64,000 bases of DNA. Source: Macrostomum lignano. Taxonomy: Eukaryota. Shown one piece after another: positions 1 through 13,670 of the stretch (position 1 is its first letter; every line of letters starts with the position of its first letter). Both the position numbers and the translations under genes were made by a program. Under the pieces are notes generated by a model. It worked only from the letters and a program-made list of their open reading frames with translations, was not told the DNA's origin and did no database searches. Location of the stretch: positions 1-64,000 of the forward strand of contig NIVC01001639.1 in NCBI GenBank assembly GCA_002269645.1, written 5' to 3'.

Positions 1-1400
1 ATCAGATGGGCATTGATCGATGATTTTAAAACGTTCTTCGTTGTGTACAATTAGAGCAGCTGTTACATTCCAAAAGGTGGGTTTGGATGGCCGACGGTTT
101 GAGCCAGTGCTCCCTGGTTCTAGTGTGCAGGTGTCTTTTGGTCTTCCCCACGTAGGAGACGCTCTGGTCAACAGAGCAGTTGAAACAGTAGACAAACACC
201 TGCACGCAGAGCACGGGGTACACGTGACTTTAACCGACCGACAAAACTGCCAACTTTGGAACAGCGGAAAATAACGCGAATTTGGCTGTTGAAAGAGTTG
301 TGGAATAATTTGCAAATCCTGTTTTTGAAGGTGAGAGAAGGATGGCCAAAGAAAGGGAGAATGAGGGTTGTTCACTAAGGTCAATGTGGTCAGGTTTGGA
401 AACTTTTTGGTGATTCACTCTTTCAGAAATGAATTTGTGGATGTTGTGGTGGATGAAGGCAGATGGTAACCGTTTTGTTGGAGCATTTTGGTCAGGAATC
501 TAATTTCTTGGTCAAAGTTGATCCAGGAGTTGCAGACAGTGTAGGCTCTGTGAAGCAAGCATCTGATCAGACCAGATTTCCACTGTCGGGGCACACGGCA
601 TGAAAGTTGAGAATGAGATTGGTGAAGGTTTTTTTGCGGAAAACTTTGGTGAAAAGGTTCCCACCGCTGAGATCGATGTCAAGGTCAAGGAACGGAAGTT
701 TATGGTCAGTAGCAATCTCATTGGTGAACTTAATATTGTCATGGGTGGAATTGATAGCCTGGAAGAAATGGTCAAGTTTGTTCTTGCTTTCAAAGATGGC
801 AAACGTTTCATCGACATAGCGTCTGTAAAATTTGAACGCACAGTCAAGGGACATCCAGTTGTTGGTTTCCCAATGAGTCAAGCAGACTTCAGCCAGAGTA
901 GGGGCCAGCGGACTTCCCATGGCGCAGCCCTCAATTTGCCGGTAGTATTTATTGTTGAACATGAAGATTCCAGAGGTCGCAAAGCCAAGAAGTTTTTTAA
1001 AAGAGTCCTTAGACAAAGAAATGGAGGTAGGATTGCGTTGAAACACTAATTCAGTGGCGAGGTCAATAGCAAGTTTCAGGGGATGTTAGTAAAGAGTGAA
1101 ACAACATCGAAACTGCAGAGAATGTCAGACTTCTTGATGTCAGAGCACGAATTTTGAAGATCTTTCAGAAAAGCGCTGTTGGATTTCGAGGTGAATTCAG
1201 TAGAAATGCAAGGTTTGATGAGCGAGTCCAGGTATTTAGCAAGCTCGTATTCGGCGGTGTTGACCATGGAAACAATTGGTCTGAGGGGTTTTTCTGGTTT
1301 GTGCACCTTGCAGACCCCGTAGAGCTGACCAGGTTGGCTACCGCAGGGTAAGATGCGCTGGCGCTGGTACGTGCAAGGATCAAATGTGTTGTTTGACATG
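1..1400 (-). mobile_element. Penelope-like retroelement (RT + GIY-YIG endonuclease), degenerate, 5'-truncated, runs off the window start
   Basis: Minus-strand frames give PLE RT motifs: QPGQLYGVCKVHKPEKPLRPIVS and SFDVVSLFTNIP (1076-1399), and YRQIEGCAMGSPLAP and YRRYVDETF (567-1046). A GIY-YIG motif VYCFNC..YVGKTKRHLHTRTREH..H..C..C lies at 26-223. The fragments are in different frames and the catalytic YVDD reads YVDE, so this copy is inactive. Confidence 0.92.
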
Positions 1401-1439
1401 ATCCTTGCACACTCACACCTTTCGTTTCAAACAATATAC

Positions 1440-1471
1440 CTGACGATGCACCTTGGTGTGCGAAACGCGTC
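1440..1471 (+). ncRNA. Minimal type I hammerhead ribozyme core of the PLE type; stem I degenerate
   Basis: CTGACGA-T-GCAC(CTTGGT)GTGC-GAAA-CGCG-TC: complete catalytic core, 4-bp stem II and palindromic ACGCGT in place of stem III. Stem I pairs only about 1 bp. Confidence 0.75.
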
Positions 1472-1659
1472 GAAAAAAACCACATGTTGATTTTGGGATT
1501 TCTTCTTATTTTACTTGCCAAGCGAGCCACTTTACCTGATTACAAACAAAAATTTACTACAATAAGAGATTGTTCAAATTTTGTCACAACACTGGGCAGA
1601 GCAGCTCTCGTGCTAATTTGGTGTCAGTTCACGGAATTTCACCTGAAGCCAGTGGTATT

Positions 1660-1935
1660 CGTGCCCATGAGGCAGAGAGTGCATGCAAGCCTGACGATGG
1701 GAAAGTCTAGGCCGCTGTGTACAACCAGTGTGAGCGGTTCCTGCGTTCTTATCCGTGTCCTGGGGGCACCCTGGCGCAACGCCTTTAGTGACATCGTTCC
1801 ATTACAAACGCGGAGGCAATGTTGCCCGCTGACTCCCGAGAACATACAAGTTTGCCAATACTGTACTCAGGCACCACTCATACACACGCTCACACAGGGT
1901 GTACAGGGTCGTGACGTCACTGGCATGACTACCTC
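1660..1935. mobile_element. Two convergent partial copies of the SINE family seen at 15907
   Basis: 1680-1755 (+) matches the SINE hairpin/TGTACACCCTGTGTGAGCG core. 1760-1930 (-) matches the SINE body and tail (CTTGTATG..GGGAGTC..GCGCCAGGGTGC). 1718-1736 and 1887-1905 are 17/19 reverse-complementary. Confidence 0.7.
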
Positions 1936-3573
1936 ACTGACTCAGTGGGTCGACTGTGGCCTTGATTTATGGCAGTGACTAAAGTCCCAAACCTCTGCGG
2001 CCAACGAAACGCAGCCGCTTGGCAGAAACAACGCAGATATTCCATAGGTCGTAGCACTTACTTATACATTCTTTTTTGTCGTCGGCATACGCTAAGTAGA
2101 GCGATCCAACAAGGCATGCTGTTACAATCAAAATACTATGCATATTTTTTCAAAGTCTGCTTCACTGGACGGAAAGGCATAGCTAATCAAGATTTCTTTA
2201 GTATAAGAAGCCTCGTAACTGCCTGTAGGGCTTTGACTAAGTCGAGCAATTCGACATCCAATCAGGGCTGAGCAGAGTTGTAACTTCGTAGTAGAGTAGT
2301 CGAGACTACTACTCTGGTGCAGCACTCAGGCGTGGGAAGTATAAAATGCTGTAGAATCCCAGTTGTGTGAAGAACATCAATGAAAATATTCTTATTAAAT
2401 ATTCATATTAGAATTGTAAAATATAATATTATTTCAAACCTATTGACTGACTTTTTTATTTCTGTACACTTAAATTAGAATAACAGCAAAATTTCAAGTT
2501 TATGACATATCATGAAATTGATCATTTTTTCTAAATTAATATCATGATTATTCTTTGTTCGGCATAAAAATTATAACAATGTCGTCTGAATGTCATGAAA
2601 ATGTGAGTAAATTAAACAAAAATATTAAAGAAGCTTCAAAGCGTATTGAAAGATTTAAGGCATATTTAAGGCATGTCATCATTTAGGCATGAACCATTAA
2701 TAAAAAATATGTAAGACTGAAAAAATGCATGCAAAAAGCTTTAATTATACAAAAAAACTTATTGAACTTAATATATGATTCAAATAATAACATACAAATT
2801 ATTCCTTATTATTTATAAAATTAAATAAATAGTTTTTGTTGCATCGATTTCAAAGCAGTTTTTTTATTGTAAAATTAATATTTATAAGTATTTTAATAGT
2901 CATAGCTAGTTAATGGATAATAGCTAATACGAGTATAATTTAATTGTTAGGTCGGATGCAAAGTGTATGCTTTTTTGCATCTGATCTTGAGGAAAAAAGT
3001 TGAAAAAATATTGCTATTACAGACAATACTGTAACGTAAAAGATATCGGATTTAACTATAAAATACATTTTAAATTTCTGCCGAATATAGCTTAGCTAAT
3101 TGTATAATAAACGCTGGGCCGAACAGTTGGTCAAACGTTCGAAAAATTTAAAATGTTACCGTGGTTGAGTTTAGTTAAACAAGCATAATAAATCGAACTG
3201 ATTAATGCTTCAATGGTCGGCTTATTTGTGACAGGAATGTGTAGAATTTTGTTATTAATAATTCTTTGCATAAAAATAAAGCATTATATTTTTGTTTGTG
3301 TATGTGGGGTGATCCTGTGACCTTGAAACTAGCTGGTCTACGGCTGGTCATTCGAAGGCGCTATTTTGGTACGCGCAACGCATATAAATTCTCGAAGGAA
3401 AGGTCGATAAAATTGTTGCTTTTATACTAAGAATTTTTTCCTAGACAATAGAATTTTTTTAGTTTTAGCTTAATTTTTAGGAAGCAACATCTACGGCCGT
3501 AAAGGATCGGATTGTGCATATTTAATAGCACAGGCAGCCCCACTCTGAGATGCTACAAAAGTCGTCTCCGAAA

Positions 3574-6500
3574 ATGAAATATTTGGTCGTCGTGATCCTT
3601 CTATTAACACTTGGACTGAGTTATGTGAGTTTTAAATGACGAGATTCTCCGTGTCTTTTTAATGCTTTTGTTCAATACATTAAATGCTCTGCGGGTACCA
3701 AACATTAAATTAAAATGAATGCCTGTGCTAACATCTTATTCTTTCTAGGCCTCTGCCGATTGCATTATGTATGATGAGTGCTCTCGTAGCCCAACGGATA
3801 ATCCAATCAATTGCCGATACAACGGGCCCGCGAAGCCTCTTAACAACCAAAAGTCTTTGTCTCTGCTACGATCATTTTGCCCGGAAATCGCTTCTGGAAG
3901 TTCAGGGGACGTCGTGACTTGCTGCTCAGAGCGTCAGATTGAAACGTTGAGCATCCAAATGGATCGCGCAGGCCTTCTATTTAGGCGCTGTCCAGCGTGT
4001 TGGAAAAATTTTCGATCCATGTTCTGCAACATGGCTTGCTCGCCGAACCAAAGCTTGTACCTACAGGCGACCAGCTTCGACGAATCCGTAAATACAGTGA
4101 CAAGCGTGAACTACAACATCAGCAGCAACTTTGCTCACACATTCTTCAACAGCTGCAAAGGCGTTAGTCACGGCAACGGCAAAGCTATATCAGCAATGTG
4201 CGGATCTGTCAGCGTGGAATCGTGCACCGTGAAAGACGTGTTTAAGTTTTTGGGTAGTCCAGCCGAAAATCCGTATGCTCCGTTCGACATAAAATTCTCC
4301 CTTGAGGACCAATGCTTCACTATCGATGGTAAAATGCACTGCCCAATGAATGAAAGCTCAGTTCAGTGTCATCTTGGCGATCGAGAGCGAGGAGTTGCTG
4401 CCTGCTCCTGTAGCGATTGTCAAGCTGTCTGCCCGAAGAAGCCAGACACTCCAAACGATCCGAAACCCTGGCAGGTGCTGGGAATCGACGGCTGGTACAT
4501 TGTCATGGCTGCCATCTACGTCTCATTCTTAGTCGTCTTCGCCGCCTGGAACATTTATTTCTTTGCTCAAACGCACCGTAAGAATTTTAACTCTCGAGTT
4601 AGCACATCTTCCAAGGATTCGAATGCTGCATACTCAGCAGCGTCCTCCGAAAAGGTTACATCCACCGAATTGACGTACGGCCTCACCTCGCCGAGTAGTC
4701 AGGCCTTCCTAACTGACGGCAGTCGCTTGTCCGATACCGAAATCGACTGCTCAGATCGCGTCAGCGGGCAGATTGAAGCTCGAATCGAAGCCGCCTTTAC
4801 TAGCTGGGGTCTGCTCGTGGCGAAGCATCCGGTGCTCGTCATCATGCTGAGCTTTGTAGTTTGCATAGCCCTGTCCTGCGGCGTTCTGTTCTTCCAAGTC
4901 ACTACCGACCCTGTTGAGCTATGGAGCTCCCCGCAGTCTACTGCCCGCCAACAGAAAGCCTTTTTTGACAAAAACTTTGGGTAAGCAAATTGTAACTTTC
5001 CTTTGTGAATACTTACACTTCATCTGTCCTCTTAATTCTGTCTTCTACATTAAGGGTCAGCCATTACCTTGAGTTGTGCTTGAGCGCTGTTTTCGAAAGC
5101 AAAGTATTAACAATGCTAGACCGGCTTTGACTAAAATTTTCTCTTTCCCTCTCTCTTTTCTTCTCTAGGCTGGCAGTCCCAGCCTGTGCGCAGTGTGTCT
5201 ATAGTAGTTCGTGGCGCGCCGCGTTTCGCTGCATCGGCATGATTCCTTTGCAAGCGACGAGGGTACGAGTATAAGAAATTTAGCGCGGCGCGCAAATATC
5301 GAATGCATACAGCGCAAGCTAAAGCTTTTTTTCAGCTGCAGTTGGTCACCCCACAGTTCGATCAGTCCCAGGACTTGGGGGAGGGAAGGGCGCAGACTGC
5401 AGGACTGCTGTATGAAGTCTCTCTTCAGCTATTGAGGGGTTCTGTGGGCAACCCGCTGCTATGCGTGAACATTATTTAACGTATTATATATTGTAACTTT
5501 AAACCCGATTATAAGATTGTAGGGGGAGTCACTTAAGTGCATAAAAATTGTAAGGTAGATTAATATATCGATAGACGGCTTCTAGTCTATCATGTTCAGA
5601 TATGATACATTTTCAATAGCCTCGCATTACAATGGGGGGATCTAGTGCAGTCAAACCCTGTGTACAGAGAGTTGGGTGAGGAGTCTTACCCACCTGACAC
5701 TATGAGCGTAGACCCACCCATAACCCATCATTAGACTACCTGTCTCGGCGGGGGCGGTCATGCCACACGGCCCCCTTCCCACCCAGCGTGCATCAGAATA
5801 AATTAGGCCATTCTGAGCGGCCGCAATCCATCGTAATGTTTTCTTTGCAGCATTCCTTTCTTAATTCCGTCCCAGTCCCGGTGCGGCGCCTATGTGTGAG
5901 CTGTAACGGCGCTCAGAAAAGCACAAACCATTTGCAAGTTTTAAGAAGGCTCCAAATCTTGCCATAATACGTTCGTAATTCAATCTGTCCACACACCGTC
6001 TCTCTGTGTCGGTCAACTCACTTAATTGGCATATAGTTTTTTGTTGTTGCCATAGCTGGGTGCGCCGCCTCGCATTTACCTGGAATTACAGAGCCGCTTT
6101 AAATAGGCTACTCTTCTACTCACTCCAACCCCTCTCTAACCATAAGTAGTGTCGGGCAGAAAGCCAGTTACTTGACACACTCTTAAACCAAATATCTGTC
6201 TGAATTTGCTGGGTTATGCTATTTTAAGTTCAAAAAGTGGCCTGATATGAGATGCCAATGCAACGCACGATGTACTCATTAAGTGTGCACTGATGAACCG
6301 CTCGAACCTTTCTTGTCATTTCAGACCATTCTACCGAACTGAGCAGGTGATCATTATCCCGAGAAACCAGACGCACTACATTCACGAGCCAGAGTCTCCT
6401 TACTTTGATCCTCCAGTGCACAGGGCATTCGGGCCAGTTATTAACAAAAAGTTCCTTCAGAAGGTGCTTAATTTGCAGACAAACATCACTAACATGAAGG

Positions 6501-9485
6501 TGTGGAGCAAAGCCAAGAAACGAGACATCAGCTTGACTGACATCTGCTTTAAGCCGCTTTCGCCTAGCTATTCAACCTGCGCGGTGCAAAGTCCTTTGGG
6601 CTACTTCCAGTCCAACACCAGCACGTTGAACAAGGTCGCCATAGATTTTGACTTCGGTCTGACCTACGCCGACTTTGTCACACACCTGATTGCTTGCACA
6701 AAAAACCCGCTCAGCGTTAATAGCGACATCAACCTGAAGCTGAGCTGCTTCTCAGAGTGGGGCGGCCCGATCTACCCTTGGGTGGTATTTGGCGGCTACA
6801 GTGGAAAAGAGTACCTCAATGCTACCGCCATTGTTCTCACGTTTCTCGTTAATAACGACGCAAATCGGGAATCGGAGCAGGTAAAAGTATTGTCATATTG
6901 ATTCGAATATTATATAGCTTAATGATTGGCATTTGCAAGCGTGTGTTTATCTGCTTCAATTACAGGTTCGCATGGCCATGGAATGGGAGGAAGCTTTTCT
7001 AAACGTAATGCACAAGTTTAAGAACGAGTCGCACGAAGAACTCGACGTGCGTTATTCGTCTGAGCGTTCAATTCAAGACGAGCTAGAACGGGAGTCCAAC
7101 TCAGATGTAGTTACCATTCTTGGTAGCTACCTCTTAATGTTTGCCTACGTGACGTTGACGCTTGGTCAATACAAATCCTGTAGACGGCTGCTAGTTAATG
7201 TAAAGATTACACTAGGCCTGGTTGGAGTTGTGATTGTTCTAGTGGCAGTTTTCTGCTCCCTGGGCGTATGGAGTTACCTGGGATTTCCTGCCACGCTGAT
7301 AATCATCGAAGTAGTTCCCTTCCTTGTTCTGGCAGTCGGAGTTGATAACATATTCATTCTGGTGCACACATTGCAACGTGACTTCGTCGGAGCAGACAGT
7401 GTGGAGGCAAAGGTGGCCCGGGTGGTCGGCCGTGTTGGTCCCAGCATGCTGTTGAGCAGCCTCAGCGAGTCTGTGGCCTTCTTTTTCGGCGCTTTTACCC
7501 CCATGCCGGCGGTGAGGGTGTTTGCGCTTTACGCTGGCATGGCTGTGCTGCTGGACTTTCTGCTCCAGATAAGTTGCTTTGTTGCCGTTCTATCGCTGGA
7601 CGCCAAAAGGCAAGCCGCTAAACGGATGGATCTACTATGCTGCTGTGCGTCTAAGAAAGTGGAGAAGGCGGAGAAGGCAGCGAATAATAAGCCAGAAAAG
7701 ACCGAGAGCAAAGGCCTGCTGTTCCAATTCTTTAAGCGCTTCTTGTCTACCTTTATCTTCAACCGTTGGGTTCGACCAATAATAATTAGCATCTTTGTCG
7801 GCTGGGCCTGCGTGTGCTTGGCCTGCGTACACAACATTCGTGTTGGATTGGACCAAGAGCTGAGCATGCCAGAAGACAGTTACGTGACCTCATACTTTGA
7901 CGGCATCAAGAAGTACCTTAGCGTCGGCCCGCCAGTCTACTTTGTGGTCTCCGGACCGATGGACTTCGCCAATCCGGTGCACCAAAATCTCATCTGCAGT
8001 CGCGCGGGATGCCCACAGAAGTCGATGCTGAATCAGCTGTCTCAATTGGCTGAGGCGCCGAACTACTCGCACATTGTAAGCCCACCGAGCTCCTGGCTTG
8101 ATGACTACGTTGACTGGCTTGAGCCGAGCGAGACTTCGCCTTGCTGCAGCTACCACAAGTCCGGCTCGTTCTGCCCTGCATCGAACCGCACCGCCGACTG
8201 CACGCCTTGTGGCGTCAATTTTACAACCGACGGCTGGCCAGTGCAGGGCGAGTTTTTCCGCTACCTCGACTTTTTCCTCAAGGACAATCCAGGCGTCGCC
8301 TGCCCCAAGGGCGGCCATGCGGCCTATGCTGCGGCTCTTAATCGCGAGAAACGGCAGTCTCGCACAGTGGGGGTGTCCGCCTCTCATTACATGACCTACC
8401 ATTCGGTTTTGCGCAACGGCGATGATTTCATCAATGCGTACAAGATGGCCGTAAAAATTTCGGACGACATCACGAGTCACTTCAAGGACACGACTGGACG
8501 CGACGATCTGAAGGTGTTCCCGTACAGTGTGTTCTACGTATTCTACGAGCAGTACCTCACAATTGTGACGGACACGGCTATCAATCTGGGGGTCTGCTTG
8601 GCAGCGATCGGCCTTGTCACCCTGATGCTGCTTGGCTTCGACTTCTTTGCCACGTTCATCATTCTGCTGACTATTGGCCTAATCCTGCTGTCAATGCTGG
8701 GCCTGATGTTCTTCTGGAACATATCGCTGAATGCCGTCTCGCTTGTTAATCTTGTCATGGTGAGTACTACTCATGCAACAACAAAGCTACTTGTTATCAT
8801 ATTTACTTCTGTAACTATTAGTCTCGACCTTCTGTAGCCTTTGGTACACTTTATCGAAACGTACTTCAGTACAAACGAAATAATATTAATTTACTCAACA
8901 GGCACTCGGAATCTCGGTGGAGTTCTGTTCTCACCTGGTCCGAGCATTTACCGTGTCCGCTGAGAGGACGCGACTGGAGAAAGCGCGCGACTGCTTCGTC
9001 CACATGGGCAGCTCCGTGTTTTCCGGCATCACCCTGACGAAGCTGGGCGGCATCATTATCTTGGGCTTTGCCAAGTCGCAGCTGTTCCGAGTGTTCTACT
9101 TCCGCATGTACCTGGGTATCGTGCTGTTCGGTGCTCTGCACGGTCTCCTGTTCCTGCCAGTGCTGCTCAGCTACATAGGTAAGCTCGTTTGGATCGATAT
9201 TAAGGATTTACCTAGTAATTTAGTGAGGCCTGACTCTATTGGCCGCTATACCGAGTTTACTTAACACTTAAATACGAGCCTATTAGTCAGTCACGGGGCT
9301 GTAAGCAGGTACACCCACAAACTTCGTGGTCGTGAATCGCACGACAAGCCGTACTCAACCCCACCCTGGCAACTGTTGCATTTCAAGCACTGCGATCTTC
9401 AATCGAAAATTGCTCATTTTCAGGGCCGGTCAGCAAGCACAGGCAGATTGTTCGCAAGGTGGCTATTTTGATGGAGAATATCTGA
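3574..9485 (+). CDS. NPC1: Niemann-Pick C1-like sterol transporter, 6 coding exons
   Basis: Exons 3574-3624 (signal peptide; in-frame upstream ATG at 3550), 3749-4980, 6325-6880, 6966-8759, 8902-9178 and 9424-9485, with consistent phases. Cys-rich N-terminal domain, GPFYRTEQ, sterol-sensing domain ([12 protein letters not shown]), GPPVYFV and GKGGHAAY-like motifs. The last exon is the least certain. Confidence 0.95.
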
Positions 9486-10669
9486 GCTGCTCAATGTGAT
9501 TAGCTTATCAAAGTCATTTGTTTTTGCATATCATTAACTAAATGCCATGTAATAAACTATTTTTTTATGTCCTTTTCCCCGCCTACGCCCGCATGGAAGC
9601 TAGCAATTCTGAGTTTTCTGTGTCAAAGATTACAGCTTCCAGTTGCTCGAGATCAGTAATGCTTGGACTGCTTTTCACTGATCAAACTCTTTTGTATTAC
9701 TTAAGCTTTTTTCTAGATATATTTGCTATTTTTCAATTGCTTTTGAGCCCAGAGTAGCTGTTCTCTCTCTCTCTGGCCCATATTAGGAGCTTGTCGCAAC
9801 CGCCAGCAGCTTATGCTACTCCGTTTTGTTTAACCCACTTTGGCACAGCTGAGTTTATCTACCTTTAATACGATAACAGTTGAGAAATTTACCATATTGA
9901 TGCACTATTTAATAAGCAAGGATTCTAATTGTCAATAATTTTTAATTAAGCCAATCCAAACACTGATCTTGTGCTCACGAGCATTCAATTATGAGATGCC
10001 TTTTTTCTGAAAGCACACTATGAAGCATCTGCGCCTTAATTTCGCAAAGGGCAACGCAGCTAAAGACAAAACTTCAAGTGTTTGAGTTCAACTTTATTAA
10101 ACTGAAAAGATGAGGTCTGAACCCGCGTGAGTGCGTGCACACTTGCGAAAGTCTGCTGGGGACCTGGAGGCGCGGCCGAGCTTTTCTCGGTTGGCATTGA
10201 AAGAAATTTTCCATTCTTCTCGCTCACATGACCGCGCGCTTATTGAGGACAATTAGTTATTTGGTCAAAGCGAAGTTAAAGAAATGCTTATGAATCTTTG
10301 AGCAACAAGTTGCCTTCTCAGCTATTCTCTGGCTGCTGCTTGCAAGTCTCTCTTAACTTCATTTTCATTCCACTCGCAGATTTAAGTTTCAATAGCCACT
10401 GTTGCCGTGCCTGTTGCTAGTTGTAATTTTTTACTTTTTTAGACATGGATGCATTCAGTTTTTGGCATAATAACTTGCCTAAGGATGAACTAGAAGCTAC
10501 CGTTGTATCAGAATGTAAAGATATCGTCCAGTGAACAGCTTGCTTTTTAGCAATAAATTATTAAAACCTCTCCTTTCACGCGGCTTCCAATTTGCATGTT
10601 ATCGACGGTAGCGTGACAATTACCTGCGCACAACGGTCTGCATAACAACTAGAGTTAGGATTGTTACTG

Positions 10670-11162
10670 CAGTCAGTTGTCTGACAGTCAGTTGTCTTAC
10701 AGTCAGTTGTCTTACAGTCAGTTGTCTGACAGTCAGTTGTCTTACAGTCAGTTGTCTTACAGTCAGTTGTCTGACAGTCAGTTGTCTTACAGTCAGTTGT
10801 CTTACAGTCAGTTGTCTTACAGTCAGTTGTCTGACAGTCAGTTGTCTTACAGTCAGTTGTCTGACAGTCAGTTGTCTTACAGTCAGTTGTCTTACAGTCA
10901 GTTGTCTTACAGTCAGTTGTCTGACAGTCAGTTGTCTTACAGTCAGTTGTCTTACAGTCAGTTGTCTTACAGTCAGTTGTCTGACAGTCAGTTGTCTTAC
11001 AGTCAGTTGTCTTGCAGTCAGTTGTCTTACAGTCAGTTGTCTTACAGTCAGTTGTCTTACAGTCAGTTGTCTGACAGTCAGTTGTCTGACAGTCAGTTGT
11101 CTTACAGTCAGTTGTCTTACAGTCAGTTGTCTGACAGTCAGTTGTCTTACAGTCAGTTGTCA
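10670..11162. repeat. 15-bp minisatellite (CAGTCAGTTGTCT[T/G]A), about 33 units
   Basis: Direct tandem periodicity; it produces the TTDCK and SYSQL ORFs. Confidence 0.97.
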
Positions 11163-11589
11163 CAGGCAATTGCCGTAGAACCGTCATGGACAGCTGAATT
11201 AGGACGCTGCGCTAGATTTTCTTAGAAATTATCTGGAGGCTTGGTAATAAGGTCGTATCGCTGGCGCATTTGTACACGCTTTTCCAGCCAATTTTAATCA
11301 GAGTCGTATTCTATTTAGGAAAAGAATACATTCAATTTCTCAGTTCTATAGTTATCAAGCCATGTTATCCAAGCCATGTTCACATCACATGGCTTGGACC
11401 ACAATACGCCAGGGCCACAGCGCTACAACCCTATGGCCAGACCGCCGCCAAACATTGACAACGCCAATATTGCCAGTGTGTCTGCTAGCCAGTCAACATT
11501 GTCAGTCAGTCAGCATTCTGACACCTCGGCGCCCTGGTGATGAACCCGACTGGAGGAACCAGGCCTGGCGCACGTAGCAACTCAGCTGC

Positions 11590-11960
11590 AGGAGACGACT
11601 TGAAGGTGCGCCTGTTCCGCGCGGTCGTACAGCCGACTCTCTTCTACTACGGCATGGAGGCTGTGCCGCCGACCGTCACGCGAGAGCGGGCCCTGGACGT
11701 GCTCTACCGATCGCTACTGCGCAACGCACTGGGCGTGCTCTAACCGGAGCGCCTGCCGACTAATGCTCTGGTGAGTCGTGACCCACGCTGGAGCCCCGAC
11801 CCTGAGCGCTACCCTGCGCCGGCGCCGTCAGATGCTGGTGGGTCACTGCTTCAGGACCCTTAGCCGCGGTGCGCCCGTCCCTCTGACCCTGGCTGAACCG
11901 GCCGACCGAGCAACTGTGCAGCGGCCAGGCCCGCACTGCCACTCTGACAGACAGTCTCAT
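11590..11960 (+). mobile_element. Degenerate non-LTR retrotransposon (RTE-like) RT C-terminal fragment
   Basis: LKVRLFRAVVQPTLFYYGMEA...LYRSLLRNALG...LSATLRRRRQMLVGHCFR resembles the post-RT region of RTE-clade LINEs. It contains frameshifts and stops. Confidence 0.75.
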
Positions 11961-12581
11961 CGATGACTTGCAGGCCCTCTGCGTCCTGCTCTCAGGAGTC
12001 AGCGGAATGGGAATAATTGCCTCAGCGCTGGTTTTGGAACGATGTGGTCGAAGGCGTTGTACCAGGGTGCCCTCCTACAATTATCATTTGTAGCATTATT
12101 CTGCCCACAAAACTTGCTATATAGTACATTGGTCGATACCAGATTGCATCGGTATGCGCTCGTAGCATCGACCAATCGTTTGCTACACATTGCTACACTA
12201 TATTTTTACATTGCAATACGAGCGTACATTACAACTCAATGTGTAGATAGCATACATGTTTTATTTTAAAGTCGTGGATTGGCATACGCCTGGTTTATTT
12301 AAGTTCAGTTTAAGCCTTGACAACAACGGCTTTGTCCTAGTGCTTACAAAGTCTGTTTGTCTCCCAGATCTTCCTGGTATCCGTATACATGAATGCCGTA
12401 TTTTAGTGTTACGAGCTAATCCAAATATTCTAATACAAGTACACAGGGATGGCTAAACATCTTGACGGTAACGCGCCCGACTCGCGCTCCATGCAGTTAA
12501 TTCCACCTTACTCACTCCATTACTTTGAGCCTAGTGCTTATCGATCGATTCACGCCCACGAAGGCGCTCCAGCGAGGAAGT

Positions 12582-13376
<795 letters not shown>

Positions 13377-13670
13377 AACTATCGAGATTCACTGAAAAGC
13401 CTCAAGCTACAGATATAAATCTATTTTCCTAAAAAGCCCCCCTCCACGGTCAGACACTTCTCCATGTGATATCGTCATCTCGCCAGATCGTTCGCGTAGA
13501 ATGCTGGGGTCTGCGCCTTCTTGGCAGCCTCTTTGCTGTCATATCGAACCCCCTTGGTTTCTTTCTTCAATTTTGGGGGTCGTTTCACAAGCCCCCAAGC
13601 TCAATCATATAAACCATTTTATTAGAGCTTGTCGCACAAAATATCAGTTTTCAAGCAAAGCTGCAAGTCG

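Noticed and set aside
600-1978. Plus-strand ORFs 600-1049 and 1484-1978
   Set aside because: The first is an antisense shadow of the PLE RT and the second runs through SINE sequence; neither has recognisable motifs.
9459-9850. Alternative NPC1 last exon providing a longer cytosolic tail
   Set aside because: The donor (AAG|gtggct) is weak and the downstream frames show no recognisable sorting motif, so it is not supportable without transcripts.
10576-11187. 203-aa (TTDCK/Q)n ORF resembling a Cys/Thr-rich antifreeze or adhesive protein
   Set aside because: It is a stop-free 15-bp array that is also open on the opposite strand, with no signal peptide or splice support. Only expression data could rescue it.
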